Origin: Lytechinus pictus
Taxonomy: Eukaryota
DNA length: 64,000 nt
Assembly: GCF_037042905.1 (NCBI RefSeq)
Contig: NC_087250.1
Coordinates: 25,298,001-25,362,000 of the forward strand
Direction: 5' to 3'
Numbering within the stretch: position 1 is the first letter of the stretch; each line of letters begins with the position of its first letter. The position numbers were made by a program, and so were the translations under genes. The notes below the pieces were generated by a model, which was not told where the DNA came from, searched no databases, and saw nothing but the letters and a program-made list of their open reading frames with translations. This document shows, one piece after another, positions 25,401 through 37,400 of this stretch.

Positions 25401-28400
25401 AAAATTCATTTTGAGATTGTTAAAAAAAATGCCAGATTTTGAAAGACTTCATTTTTTGTTTGTATTTCTTTGCAGCATGCAGACTACTTTGGGTCCTTGA
25501 CTCAGGCATCAACACTAAACCTGGGATCTGGACCGGATGGGGATCTCAACATCCCATTCAAAGATATATTACCCATGGTGGACCCCAATGATATTGTCTT
25601 TGATGGTAAGTTTTAACTGTCATTACTTTGGAGCAATGTAGGAAATACACAAGGCAGACATTCCAACTGTTCCCTTTTGAAAGTATTTGTTCCTCTTTTT
25701 TGCTTTAAATACACCAATACTTTTTTTGTATGATTTGTTACTTAAAAAAAATAATTTCTGATTATGGAGTATATATGATACACAGCACGTGACACTTGTG
25801 CCAGTCCTACAGTCCCAGACCGGTAAAAATCACTGTCAGGCCAGTAACTTGTTGCATGAAAAGAACAAGTAAATTCTTGCCTACGAGCACATTTTTAAAA
25901 GGGTGAATTATCAAGTTTTCAAGTGGAGTCATTTCACATGTTTTTTCATCGATCTCACTACATCAGGCTGGTGATTGTGACGTTGAGACAAGTTTTTAAA
26001 AATAGTATTTTTTTGTAAAAAAATAACTTTTTTTTCCTTATAAGAATACCGGTACTTATTTTGGTTGTAGAAGGTTGGCTGGTCTGACGAGGGCGACCAG
26101 CGATTTTGCCCTAATCGCCCCTTAAATTCCACAAAATGCATGTTGTGGGGCGAGTCTAGAGAGAATGGTTGCCCCAAATCTTGCATTCTCTCAAAAACAG
26201 TATAGATTATTTAGAAAATCAAATTCTGGAAAATTGGCAGAATAATTATATTTGCATTTACAGTGTACTTTATAATTGCTTATTACCCCTAAAAAGTCAC
26301 CCTTGAAATTAAAGAATAAGCCCCCCCCCCCCATCGGAAAAAAGATAGCCCCTAAAAATTATAATTATTTCCCACCTGTTGCCTGCTCTCGAGAATTTTC
26401 TCAAATAAAATGCTCTAGATCTATTTTACAGTGTAAGAAATAATAATGTTCATTCACAAGGGTTGCTTTATTATAGTATGTTTACAGATTGTAATGCTTT
26501 AGGACTCGTTGGCAGAATACTATATGATGATGGCTTTTTTAAATTTAATATTGACCTGACAAAATTGAAACAAAAACAAAGTCAGCTTGATAATGTGTCA
26601 TCTTTGAATGTGATCTTGAGAAAACTTTTAACCAAACTACCCCCTAAATTAAGATAATTAAAGATAATATTTAAATTGTAAACAATGCAGTAAAAAAAAC
26701 TTTTAAAAGTATATTTAGACTCTGGTCACTCATATTAGAAAAAATATTATTCACAAAAGAAATAGGGTCTGGCTGTGTTTACACATCTGCTATCAATAAC
26801 AAATCTACACGATTTAATGAATCGTGATGTGCAGATAGTTTGGTGTGTAAACACGACAAGTGTAAAGTAAATATAATGAGCCATGATAAAGGCAATTATG
26901 ATATCTTTGTTTGTTGTCTTCTGGTGTGAAGGTGATCTTCATGGCACTGTGAAGAATGGATTGTTTGTATAGTACAGTCGAACCCAAATTAGTGGCCGCC
27001 TTTCTATAGCAGCCACCTGCTTATAGTGACCACTAAAATTGCTTCCATGGAGGCAGATTGTGTGTACAGGAACATGCTGCCTATAGCAGCTGAAGGCCAC
27101 ATTCAGACCTGCTAACCAGTACGTTTTTGACGTATTTAGTACGTTTTTGCAACCAAACTACGGCAGTACATTTTTTCTTTAAAAAAATATGTTTTTGGAA
27201 GAAAAAAATTCGTAATTCATTGAGAAAAATCATCTCTATATGTCTCTATTTCATAAAACTTACACAAATATGGTTATTAGATCAATGTAATTTCAGGAAA
27301 CTTGCTTTTTTTTTCAACCATTTTGTTAAAACCAGGGTGAGATATACACATGTTTCAATGTTTTTTTTAACATCTGCAAGAGCAGTGCACATTGTAGCTT
27401 GCATACAGCTTGAGCGCCGTGATGAGCGAGTGCGCCACACATTTTATTATGAAATACACTTTTTTGGGAAAAATACAGGGTTTTTTTATCACAGAATACA
27501 ATTTTTCATTCCCAGAAGTTGGCAGGTCTGCACATTTTGTGTTTACCTTGGGTAGTCACTACAGATAGGTTTCACTAATTTTTTTTCAACGGAAGAAAAG
27601 TGAAGAAGTATTCCAACTAATTTCCAAGCAGGGTGCTCGGGGCGATTTTGCCCCCAAAATGCTGAAAAGAGCCCTGGGGCTGGGCCCGATTCATAAAGAG
27701 TCATAACTGTTGTAACTTTGCCATTATGGCAACTACAGGGCTCAGCAGCCAATCAAAATCAAGGTTGCCAACAGTTGCAAGTCCTTTATGTAGTAAGTGG
27801 TGAAAAGTAGCCCCCTGAAAAAAACAAAACATTTTTTTGCCTGTTTCCAAGAGAGATCTGAGTTGTGAAAATGTTATTCAATTGTAACAGAACAGACATC
27901 AACTGACACCACCTTCTAGATGTCTTATCCACCACTACTTCTCTGTCAGAATAACAAAATTTTAGCGACTCATGTAATTAAAGAGGAGAATCCGCCTTAT
28001 TGTAAGGGAATATTCACTCACAAAGCTGTTAATCTTCCTCCATGTATTTTACCTAAATAGAAATGATTCTCTTTCACTCTCTCTCTCTCTCCCTGTTTAG
28101 GTTGGGACATTTCTCGCCTCAATCTTGCCGAAGCCATGGAACGGGCCCAGGTCCTGGACTGGAGTCTGCAGGAACAACTCCGCCCACACATGGCGACCCT
28201 CAAGCCCCGCCCGTCCGTCTATATCCCCGACTTCATCGCAGCCAACCAAGAGGACCGCGCCGACAATGTCCTCTCCGGAACGAAGTCGGAGCTCGTCGAG
28301 AAGCTCCGTGCCGACATCCGTGACTTTAAACAGAAGGTTGATAAGGTGATAGTGCTATGGACCGCGAACACAGAGAGGTTCTGTGATGTTGGTGAAGGAC

Positions 28401-31400
28401 TGAACGTTACAGAGCACGCCCTCATGAGGTCAATAGAGACCAATGCTGCGGAGGTGTCGCCATCAACGCTATTTGCAGTAGCTTCAATATTAGAAGGGGT
28501 AAACAGGCCTTCAATTTTGATATTTTTAGGGCGAGGCTGCTTTTCCATTTAGGCATTTCTATACTTGTACAGCACAAATGTATTAGAAATAGAAGGGCAA
28601 AACAAATCCCGGAGGCCAATAAGAGAGGCATCAAAGTCGGTCAACGGGATATCTATGACAAGGGCCTTTAATGACCCTGATTTAACCCTAACTAAGCCAG
28701 GCTCTTTTGGTAGTTAAAGGGGAATCCAGCCTTGGTCATAAAATGTTGTGTTGGAAAGGAGATAAATAAATGAAACAGAATGGTGAAAGTTTGAAAGAAA
28801 TCGGACTAGCAATAAGAAAGTTATGGCTACTTTAAAATTGAGATCCTTCAGACTATGTATTTCAAATTGGCAACTGGGTAAGTAAATTATGACAAGGGGC
28901 AAGGACAACTTTCCCATAGGCCATGTACTTAATTATTAGGGATTTGTGATTTTCTCCTAAGTAACCATTCCCCTGGGGCAGTAATCTAAATATAACCCGA
29001 GTAGTATATTGTTTTATATCCTCATAAAAGAAAAAAATTATTTGAAGTAAAACTTTTGAAAAAAAAAATGACATCTTAGCCATTTTATGTATTGGAGTAC
29101 ATGGATGAATAGTCCTTGCCTTACATCACTATGACATCACATATGTGGCAAATTTGAAGTCTCCATTTGTATAGTGATTACCTATATTTACAACTTTTAA
29201 AAATTCATAAATTTCTTATTGTTTGTCCGATATTGTTCAAACTTTCACTTATCAACTTGTGTGATTTTTCTTTTTCCTCTACCAAAAAGTTTTTTTTTGG
29301 GTTGGATCCCTTTTAATAAAGCCTGGGAGGTGTCTCCCAGGCTAGCCTTATGATCTTGGCTGTCAAACGTGTAATCGTGCCGATAATTGGCTCGCATGTT
29401 GTCCTTGGCATTATCTGCAAAATTTCATTTTCGTTTTTTTGAAAAAAATTTGATTCCATTTATCATGCTATTCAAAAGGGATGAATCATAAAAACTTGGA
29501 TTCTTGTTGATATTGCTTATGTATCCTTCACGCTGCAGGTTGCATACATCAACGGCTCTCCACAGAACACCTTTGTACCGGGCGTCATTGAGATGGCAGA
29601 GAGACGAGGGGTGATGATTGGTGGAGACGACTTCAAGTCAGGACAGACCAAGATCAAATCTGTCCTGGTGGACTTTCTTGTTGGTGCAGGAATCAAGCCG
29701 GTGTCGATCGTCAGTTACAACCATCTTGGGAACAATGATGGCAAGAACTTATCAGCTCCTAAACAGTTCAGGTCAAAAGAGGCAAGTAAATAATATTAAG
29801 AATAACAGGCATTTGTACAGCGCCATCTATCTAGAAATTATCTTTTATTATTTCCATGCCTTAAACTTGAGCTACTTTCCAGCGTTCAGTGCAAAATCAA
29901 GGAATTAATCCTGCCCGGTACCCATTTACCTCACATGGGTGGAGTACAGTAAACCCATTGGCGATAACCCCCCCCCCCCCATTGAAAGACAAAATGCAGA
30001 ACTATTAGACCATAACGTCCCCACAAGAAACTCTACTTTTGTTAAATCTTGGAATAGCAACAGATGGCGAGAGTCCTTGATTGCATGAATCAGAACATTT
30101 CATTTTTTTCTCTTTCAGATTTCTAAATCGAATGTCGTCGATGACGTGGTGGCATCCAACCCTATCCTCTACCCGGACGGCAAGAAACCCGACCACTGTG
30201 TCGTCATCAAGTACGTCCCTTACGTTGCAGACAGCAAGAGGGCGCTAGACGAATACACCTCCGAGATCATGATGGGCGGTAGGAACACTATATCACTCCA
30301 CAATACCTGTGAAGATTCCCTCCTTGCCACCCCCATCATTTTGGACCTGGTTATTCTCACTGAGCTGTGCCAGAGAATAGAGTTCAAATCAGGTAAGTGT
30401 GACTGCAGAAGAGGTTTACGATACACCATGTGTGAAGTCCTGGAGGGGCTAAGACAAGAAAGGGGATAGAAATAGAGGTGAATTGGAAAGGCGAGAAAGT
30501 GGAGGTTTGAAAGTATAGTATTTTCTAAATGAATATAGTCCTTAAAATGACTGTAAACCAGAAGGAATGGAAAGTTGAGTAGTAGGCAGGCGTGAGTAAA
30601 AGTCTTGAGTAGGTGAGAGAAGGCTGGCTTTAGTCGGCGAATAGAGTAGTAGCAGGAGCAAGAGAGTAGACTCGACGTTTCGCGCAGGTTGACTTAACGT
30701 CTTCAGGAGTGTCAATTCAATATTTAGGAAGTCAGTTTTTAATCTTGTAAATCTTGAATCTTGAAAATTGCAAAGTATTATTTATTGGTAAATATGCACA
30801 TAAATATTTACCAGCAGCACATGCTGAAAGGGTTAATTTACAAATAATCATAAAGTACAATATACAGATATAACAAAAGCTTATATAGTAAAAGCTTATA
30901 TTTCTTTGTGGTCACAACATTTCACAAGTACAAATGTTTGCTTTATCAGCCAAATGAACATAGTTTTCCTTGATTTTGATTGGCTGAGAAGCACTGTTAC
31001 GATGGTAACTGTCAGATAAAACAGGACATGTCAAATAAAGCGCCCGACAAGTCCTTTCATGAAACGGTGCACAGTTTTTATTTGGCTTGCTGGTGTTTTT
31101 AGTTTTTGTTTTTTTTTCCAAATTTTTTCAAGTGATTGTGTCTATCAGGGAAGGGGGGGGGGTCATTTTTAGTTATATTTTCAAGGCATTGATTTATGAT
31201 TAACTTTCTTCTCTGTCCCCACACAGCTTGCCAAAGTGAATACCAACAATTCCACAGTGTACTTTCAATCTTGAGCTATTTATGTAAAGCACCCTTGGTT
31301 CCTAGTGGTACACCGCTCGTCAATGCTTTATTCAAACAGAGGGCTTGCATTGAAAACATTTTTAGGTAAGCAAAGCACCCTTGGTTCCTAGTGGTACACC

Positions 31401-34400
31401 GCTCGTCAATGCTTTATTCAAACAGAGGGCTTGCATTGAAAACATTTTTAGGTAAGCAAAGCACCATTGGTTCCTAGTGGTACACCGCTCGTCAATGCTT
31501 TATTCAAACAGAGGGCTTGCATTGAAAACATTTTTAGGTAAGCAAAGCACCCTTGGTTCCTAGTGGTACACCGCTCGTCAATGCTTTATTCAAACAGAGG
31601 GCTTGCATTGAAAACATTTTTAGGTAAGCAAAGCACCCTTGGTTCCTAGTGGTACACCGCTCGTCAATGCTTTATTCAAACAGAGGGCTTGCATTGAAAA
31701 CATTTTTAGGTAAGCAAAGCACCATTGGTTCCTAGTGGTACACCGCTCGTCAATGCTTTATTCAAACAGAGGGCTTGCATTGAAAACATTTTTAGGTAAG
31801 CAAAGCACCCTTGGTTCCTAGTGGTACACCGCTCGTCAATGCTTTATTCAAACAGAGGGCTTGCATTGAAAACATTTTTAGGTAAGCAAAGCACCCTTGG
31901 TTCCTAGTGGTACACCGCTCGTCAATGCTTTATTCAAACAGAGGGCTTGCATTGAAAACATTTTTAGGTAAGCAAAGCACCCTTGGTTCCTAGTGGTACA
32001 CCGCTCGTCAATGCTTTATTCAAACAGAGGGCTTGCATTGAAAACATTTTTAGGTAAGCAAAGCACCCTTGGTTCCTAGTGGTACACCGCTCGTCAATGC
32101 TTTATTCAAACAGAGGGCTTGCATTGAAAACATTTTTAGGTAAGCAAAGCACCCTTGGTTCCTAGTGGTACACCGCTCGTCAATGCTTTATTCAAACAGA
32201 GGGCTTGCATTGAAAACATTTTTAGGTAAGCAAAGCACCCTTGGTTCCTAGTGGTACACCGCTCGTCAATGCTTTATTCAAACAGAGGGCTTGCATTGAA
32301 AACATTTTTAGGTAAGCAAAGCACCCTTGGTTCCTAGTGGTACACCGCTCGTCAATGCTTTATTCAAACAGAGGGCTTGCATTGAAAACATTTTTAGGTA
32401 AGCAAAGCACCCTTGGTTCCTAGTGGTACACCGCTCGTCAATGCTTTATTCAAACAGAGGGCTTGCATTGAAAACATTTTTAGGTAAGCAAAGCACCCTT
32501 GGTTCCTAGTGGTACACCGCTCGTCAATGCTTTATTCAAACAGAGGGCTTGCATTGAAAACATTTTTAGGTAAGCAAAGCACCCTTGGTTCCTAGTGGTA
32601 CACCGCTCGTCAATGCTTTATTCAAACAGAGGGCTTGCATTGAAAACATTTTTAGGTAAGCAAAGCACCCTTGGTTCCTAGTGGTACACCGCTCGTCAAT
32701 GCTTTATTCAAACAGAGGGCTTGCATTGAAAACATTTTTAGGTAAGCAAAGCACCCTTGGTTCCTAGTGGTACACCGCTCGTCAATGCTTTATTCAAACA
32801 GAGGGCTTGCATTGAAAACATTTTTAGGTAAGCAAAGCACCCTTGGTTCCTAGTGGTACACCGCTCGTCAATGCTTTATTCAAACAGAGGGCTTGCATTG
32901 AAAACATTTTTAGGTAAGCAAAGCACCCTTGGTTCCTAGTGGTACACCGCTCGTCAATGCTTTATTCAAACAGAGGGCTTGCATTGAAAACATTTTTAGG
33001 TAAGCAAAGCACCCTTGGTTCCTAGTGGTACACCGCTCGTCAATGCTTTATTCAAACAGAGGGCTTGCATTGAAAACATTTTTAGGTAAGCAAAGCACCC
33101 TTGGTTCCTAGTGGTACACCGCTCGTCAATGCTTTATTCAAACAGAGGGCTTGCATTGAAAACATTTTTAGGTAAGCAAAGCACCCTTGGTTCCTAGTGG
33201 TACACCGCTCGTCAATGCTTTATTCAAACAGAGGGCTTGCATTGAAAACATTTTTAGGTAAGCAAAGCGCCCTTGGTTCCTAGTGGTACACCGCTCGTCA
33301 ATGCTTTATTCAAACAGAGGGCTTGCATTGAAAACATTTTTAGGTAAGCAAAGCACCCTTGGTTCCTAGTGGTACACCGCTCGTCAATGCTTTATTCAAA
33401 CAGAGGGCTTGCATTGAAAACATTTTTAGGTAAGCAAAGCACCCTTGGTTCCTAGTGGTACACCGCTCGTCAATGCTTTATTCAAACAGAGGGCTTGCAT
33501 TGAAAACATATTTAGGTAAGCAAAGCACCCTTGGTTCCTAGTGGTACACCGCTCGTCAATGCTTTATTCAAACAGAGGGCTTGCATTGAAAACATTTTTA
33601 GGTAAGCAAAGCACCCTTGGTTCCTAGTGGTACACCGCTCGTCAATGCTTTATTCAAACAGAGGGCTTGCATTGAAAACATTTTTAGGTAAGCAAAGCAC
33701 CCTTGGTTCCTAGTGGTACACCGCTCGTCAATGCTTTATTCAAACAGAGGGCTTGCATTGAAAACATTTTTAGGTAAGCAAAGCACCCTTGGTTCCTAGT
33801 GGTACACCGCTCGTCAATGCTTTATTCAAACAGAGGGCTTGCATTGAAAACATTTTTAGGTAAGCAAAGCACCCTTGGTTCCTAGTGGTACACCGCTCGT
33901 CAATGCTTTATTCAAACAGAGGGCTTGCATTGAAAACATTTTTAGGTAAGCAAAGCACCCTTGGTTCCTAGTGGTACACCGCTCGTCAATGCTTTATTCA
34001 AACAGAGGGCTTGCATTGAAAACATTTTTAGGTAAGCAAAGCACCCTTAGTTCCTAGTGGTACACCGCTCGTCAATGCTTTATTCAAACAGAGGGCTTGC
34101 ATTGAAAACATTTTTAGGTAAGCAAAGCACCCTTGGTTCCTAGTGGTACACCGCTCGTTAATGCTTTATTCAAACAGAGGGCTTGCATTGAAAACATTTT
34201 TAGGTAAGCAAAGCGCCCTTGGTTCCTAGTGGTACACCGCTCGTCAATGCTTTATTCAAACAGAGGGCTTGCATTGAAAACATTTTTAGGTAAGCAAAGC
34301 ACCCTTGGTTCCTAGTGGTACACCGCTCGTCAATGCTTTATTCAAACAGAGGGCTTGCATTGAAAACATTTTTAGGTAAGCAAAGCACCCTTGGTTCCTA

Positions 34401-37400
34401 GTGGTACACCGCTCGTCAATGCTTTATTCAAACAGAGGGCTTGCATTGAAAACATTTTTAGGTAAGCAAAGCACCCTTAGTTCCTCGTGGTACACCGCTC
34501 GTCAATGCTTTATTCAAACAGAGGGCTTGCATTGAAAACATTTTTAGGTAAGCAAAGCACCCTTGGTTCCTAGTGGTACACCGCTCGTCAATGCTTTATT
34601 CAAACAGAGGGCTTGCATTGAAAACATTTTTAGGTAAGCAAAGCGCCCTTAGTTCCTAGTGGTACACCGCTCGTCAATGCTTTATTCAAACAGAGGGCTT
34701 GCATTGAAAACATTTTTAGGTAAGCAAAGCACCCTTGGTTCCTAGTGGAACACCGCTCCTCAATGCTTTATTCAAACAGAGGGCTTGCATTGAAAACATT
34801 TTTAGGTAAGCAAAGCACCCTTGGTTCCTAGTGGTACACCGCTCGTCAATGCTTTATTCAAACAGAGGGCTTGCATTGAAAACATATTTAGGTAAGCAAA
34901 GCACCCTTAGTTCCTAAACGTACACCGCTCGTCAATGCTTTATTCAAACAGAGGGCTTGCATTGAAAACATTTTTAGGTAAGCAAAGCACCCTTGGTTCC
35001 TAGTGGTACACCACTCGTCAATGCTTTATTCAAACAGAGGGCTTGCATTGAAAACATTTTTAGGTAAGCAAAGCGCCCTTGGTTCCTAATGGTACACCGC
35101 TCGTCAATGCTTTATTCAAACAGAGGGCTTGCATTGAAAACATTTTTAGGTAAGCAAAGCACCCTTAGTTCCTAAACGTACACCGCTCGTCAATGCTTTA
35201 TTCAAACAGAGGGCTTGCATTGAAAACATTTTTAGGTAAGCAAAGCACCCTTAGTTCCTAAACGTACACCACTCGTCAATGCTTCATTCAAACAGAGGGC
35301 TTGCATTGAAAATATTTTTAGGTGAGCAAAGCACCCTTAGTTCCTAGTGGTACACCGCTCGTCAATGCTTCATTCAAACAGAGGGCTTGCATTGAAAACA
35401 TTTTTAGGTAAGCAAAGCACCCTTAGTTCCTAGTGGTACACCGCTCGTCAATGCTTTATTCAAACAGAGGGCTTGCATTGAAAACATTTTTAGGTAAGCA
35501 AAGCACCCTTAGTTCCTAGTGGTACACCGCTCGTCAATGCTTTATTCAAACAGAGGGCTTGCATTGAAAACATTTTTAGGTAAGCAAAGCACCCTTAGTT
35601 CCTAGTGGTACACCGCTCGTCAATGCTTTATTCAAACAGAGGGCTTGCATTGAAAACATTTTTAGGTAAGCAAAGCACCCTTAGTTCCTAGTGGTACACC
35701 GCTCGTCAATGCTTTATTCAAACAGAGGGCTTGCATTGAAAACATTTTTAGGTAAGCAAAGCACCCTTAGTTCCTAAACGTACACCACTCGTCAATGCTT
35801 CATTCAAACAGAGGGCTTGCATTGAAAATAATTTTAGGTAAGCAAAGCACCCTTAGTTCCTAAACGTACACCGCTCGTCAATGCTTCATTCAAACAGAGG
35901 GCTTGCATTGAAAACATTTTTAGGTAAGCAAAGCACCCTTAGTTCCTAGTGGTACACCGCTCGTCAATGCTTCATTCAAACAGAGGGCTTGCATTGAAAA
36001 CATTTTTAGGTAAGCAAAGCACCCTTAGTTCTTAGTGGTACACCGCTCGTCAATGCTTTATTCAAACAGAGGGCTTGCATTGAAAACATTTTTAGGTAAG
36101 CAAAGCACCCTTAGTTCCTAGTGGTACACCGCTCGTCAATGCTTTATTCAAACAGAGGGCTTGCATTGAAAACATTTTTAGGTAAGCAAAGCACCCTTAG
36201 TTCCTAGTGGTACACCGCTCGTCAATGCTTTATTCAAACAGAGGGCTTGCATTGAAAACATTTTTAGCTAAGCAAAGCACCCTTAGTTCCTAGTGGTACA
36301 CCGCTCGTCAATGCTTTATTCAAACAGAGGGCTTGCATTGAAAACATTTTTAGGTAAGCAAAGCACCCTTAGTTCCTAAACGTACACCACTCGTCAATGC
36401 TTCATTCAAACAGGGGGCTTGCATTGAAAATAATTTTAGGTAAGCAAAGCACCCTTAGTTCCTAAACGTACACCACTCGTCAATGCTTCATTCAAACAGA
36501 GGGCTTGCATTGAAAATAGTTTTAGGTAAGCAAAGCACCCTTAGTTCCTAGTGGTACACCGCTCGTCAATGCTTTATTCAAACAGAGGGCTTGCATTGAA
36601 AACATTTTTAGGTAAGCAAAGCGCCCTTAGTTCCTAAACGTACACCACTCGTCAATGCTTCATTCAAACAGAGGGCTTGCATTGAAAATAATTTTAGGTA
36701 AGCAAAGCACCCTTAGTTCCTAGTGGTACACCGCTCGTCAATGCTTTATTCAAACAGAGGGCTTGCATTGAAAACATTTTTAGGTAAGCAAAGCACCCTT
36801 AGTTCCTAGTGGTACACCGCTCGTCAATGCTTTATTCAAACAGAGGGCTTGCATTGAAAACATTTTTAGGTAAGCAAAGCACCCTTAGTTCCTAGTGGTA
36901 CACCGCTCGTCAATGCTTTATTCAAACAGAGGGCTTGCATTGAAAACATTTTTAGGTAAGCAAAGCACCCTTAGTTCCTAAACGTACACCACTCGTCAAT
37001 GCTTCATTCAAACAGAGGGCTTGCATTGAAAACATTTTTAGGTAAGCAAAGCACCCTTAGTTCCTAGTGGTACACCGCTCGTCAATGCTTTATTCAAACA
37101 GAGGGCTTGCATTGAAAACATTTTTAGGTAAGCAAAGCGCCCTTAGTTCCTAAACGTACACCGCTCGTCAATGCTTTATTCAAACAGAGGGCTTGCATTG
37201 AAAACATTTTTAGGTAAGCAAAGCGCCCTTAGTTCCTAAACGTACACCGCTCGTCAATGCTTTATTCAAACAGAGGGCTTGCATTGAAAACATTTTTAGG
37301 TAAGCAAAGCGCCCTTAGTTCCTAAACGTACACCGCTCGTCAATGCTTTATTCAAACAGAGGGCTTGCATTGAAAACATTTTTAGGTAAGCAAAGCGCCC

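Noticed and set aside
28063..28548. Overlapping alternative-frame and antisense ORFs over exon 4 (and exons 2, 6, 8)
   Set aside because: These are shadow ORFs of GC-rich coding exons.
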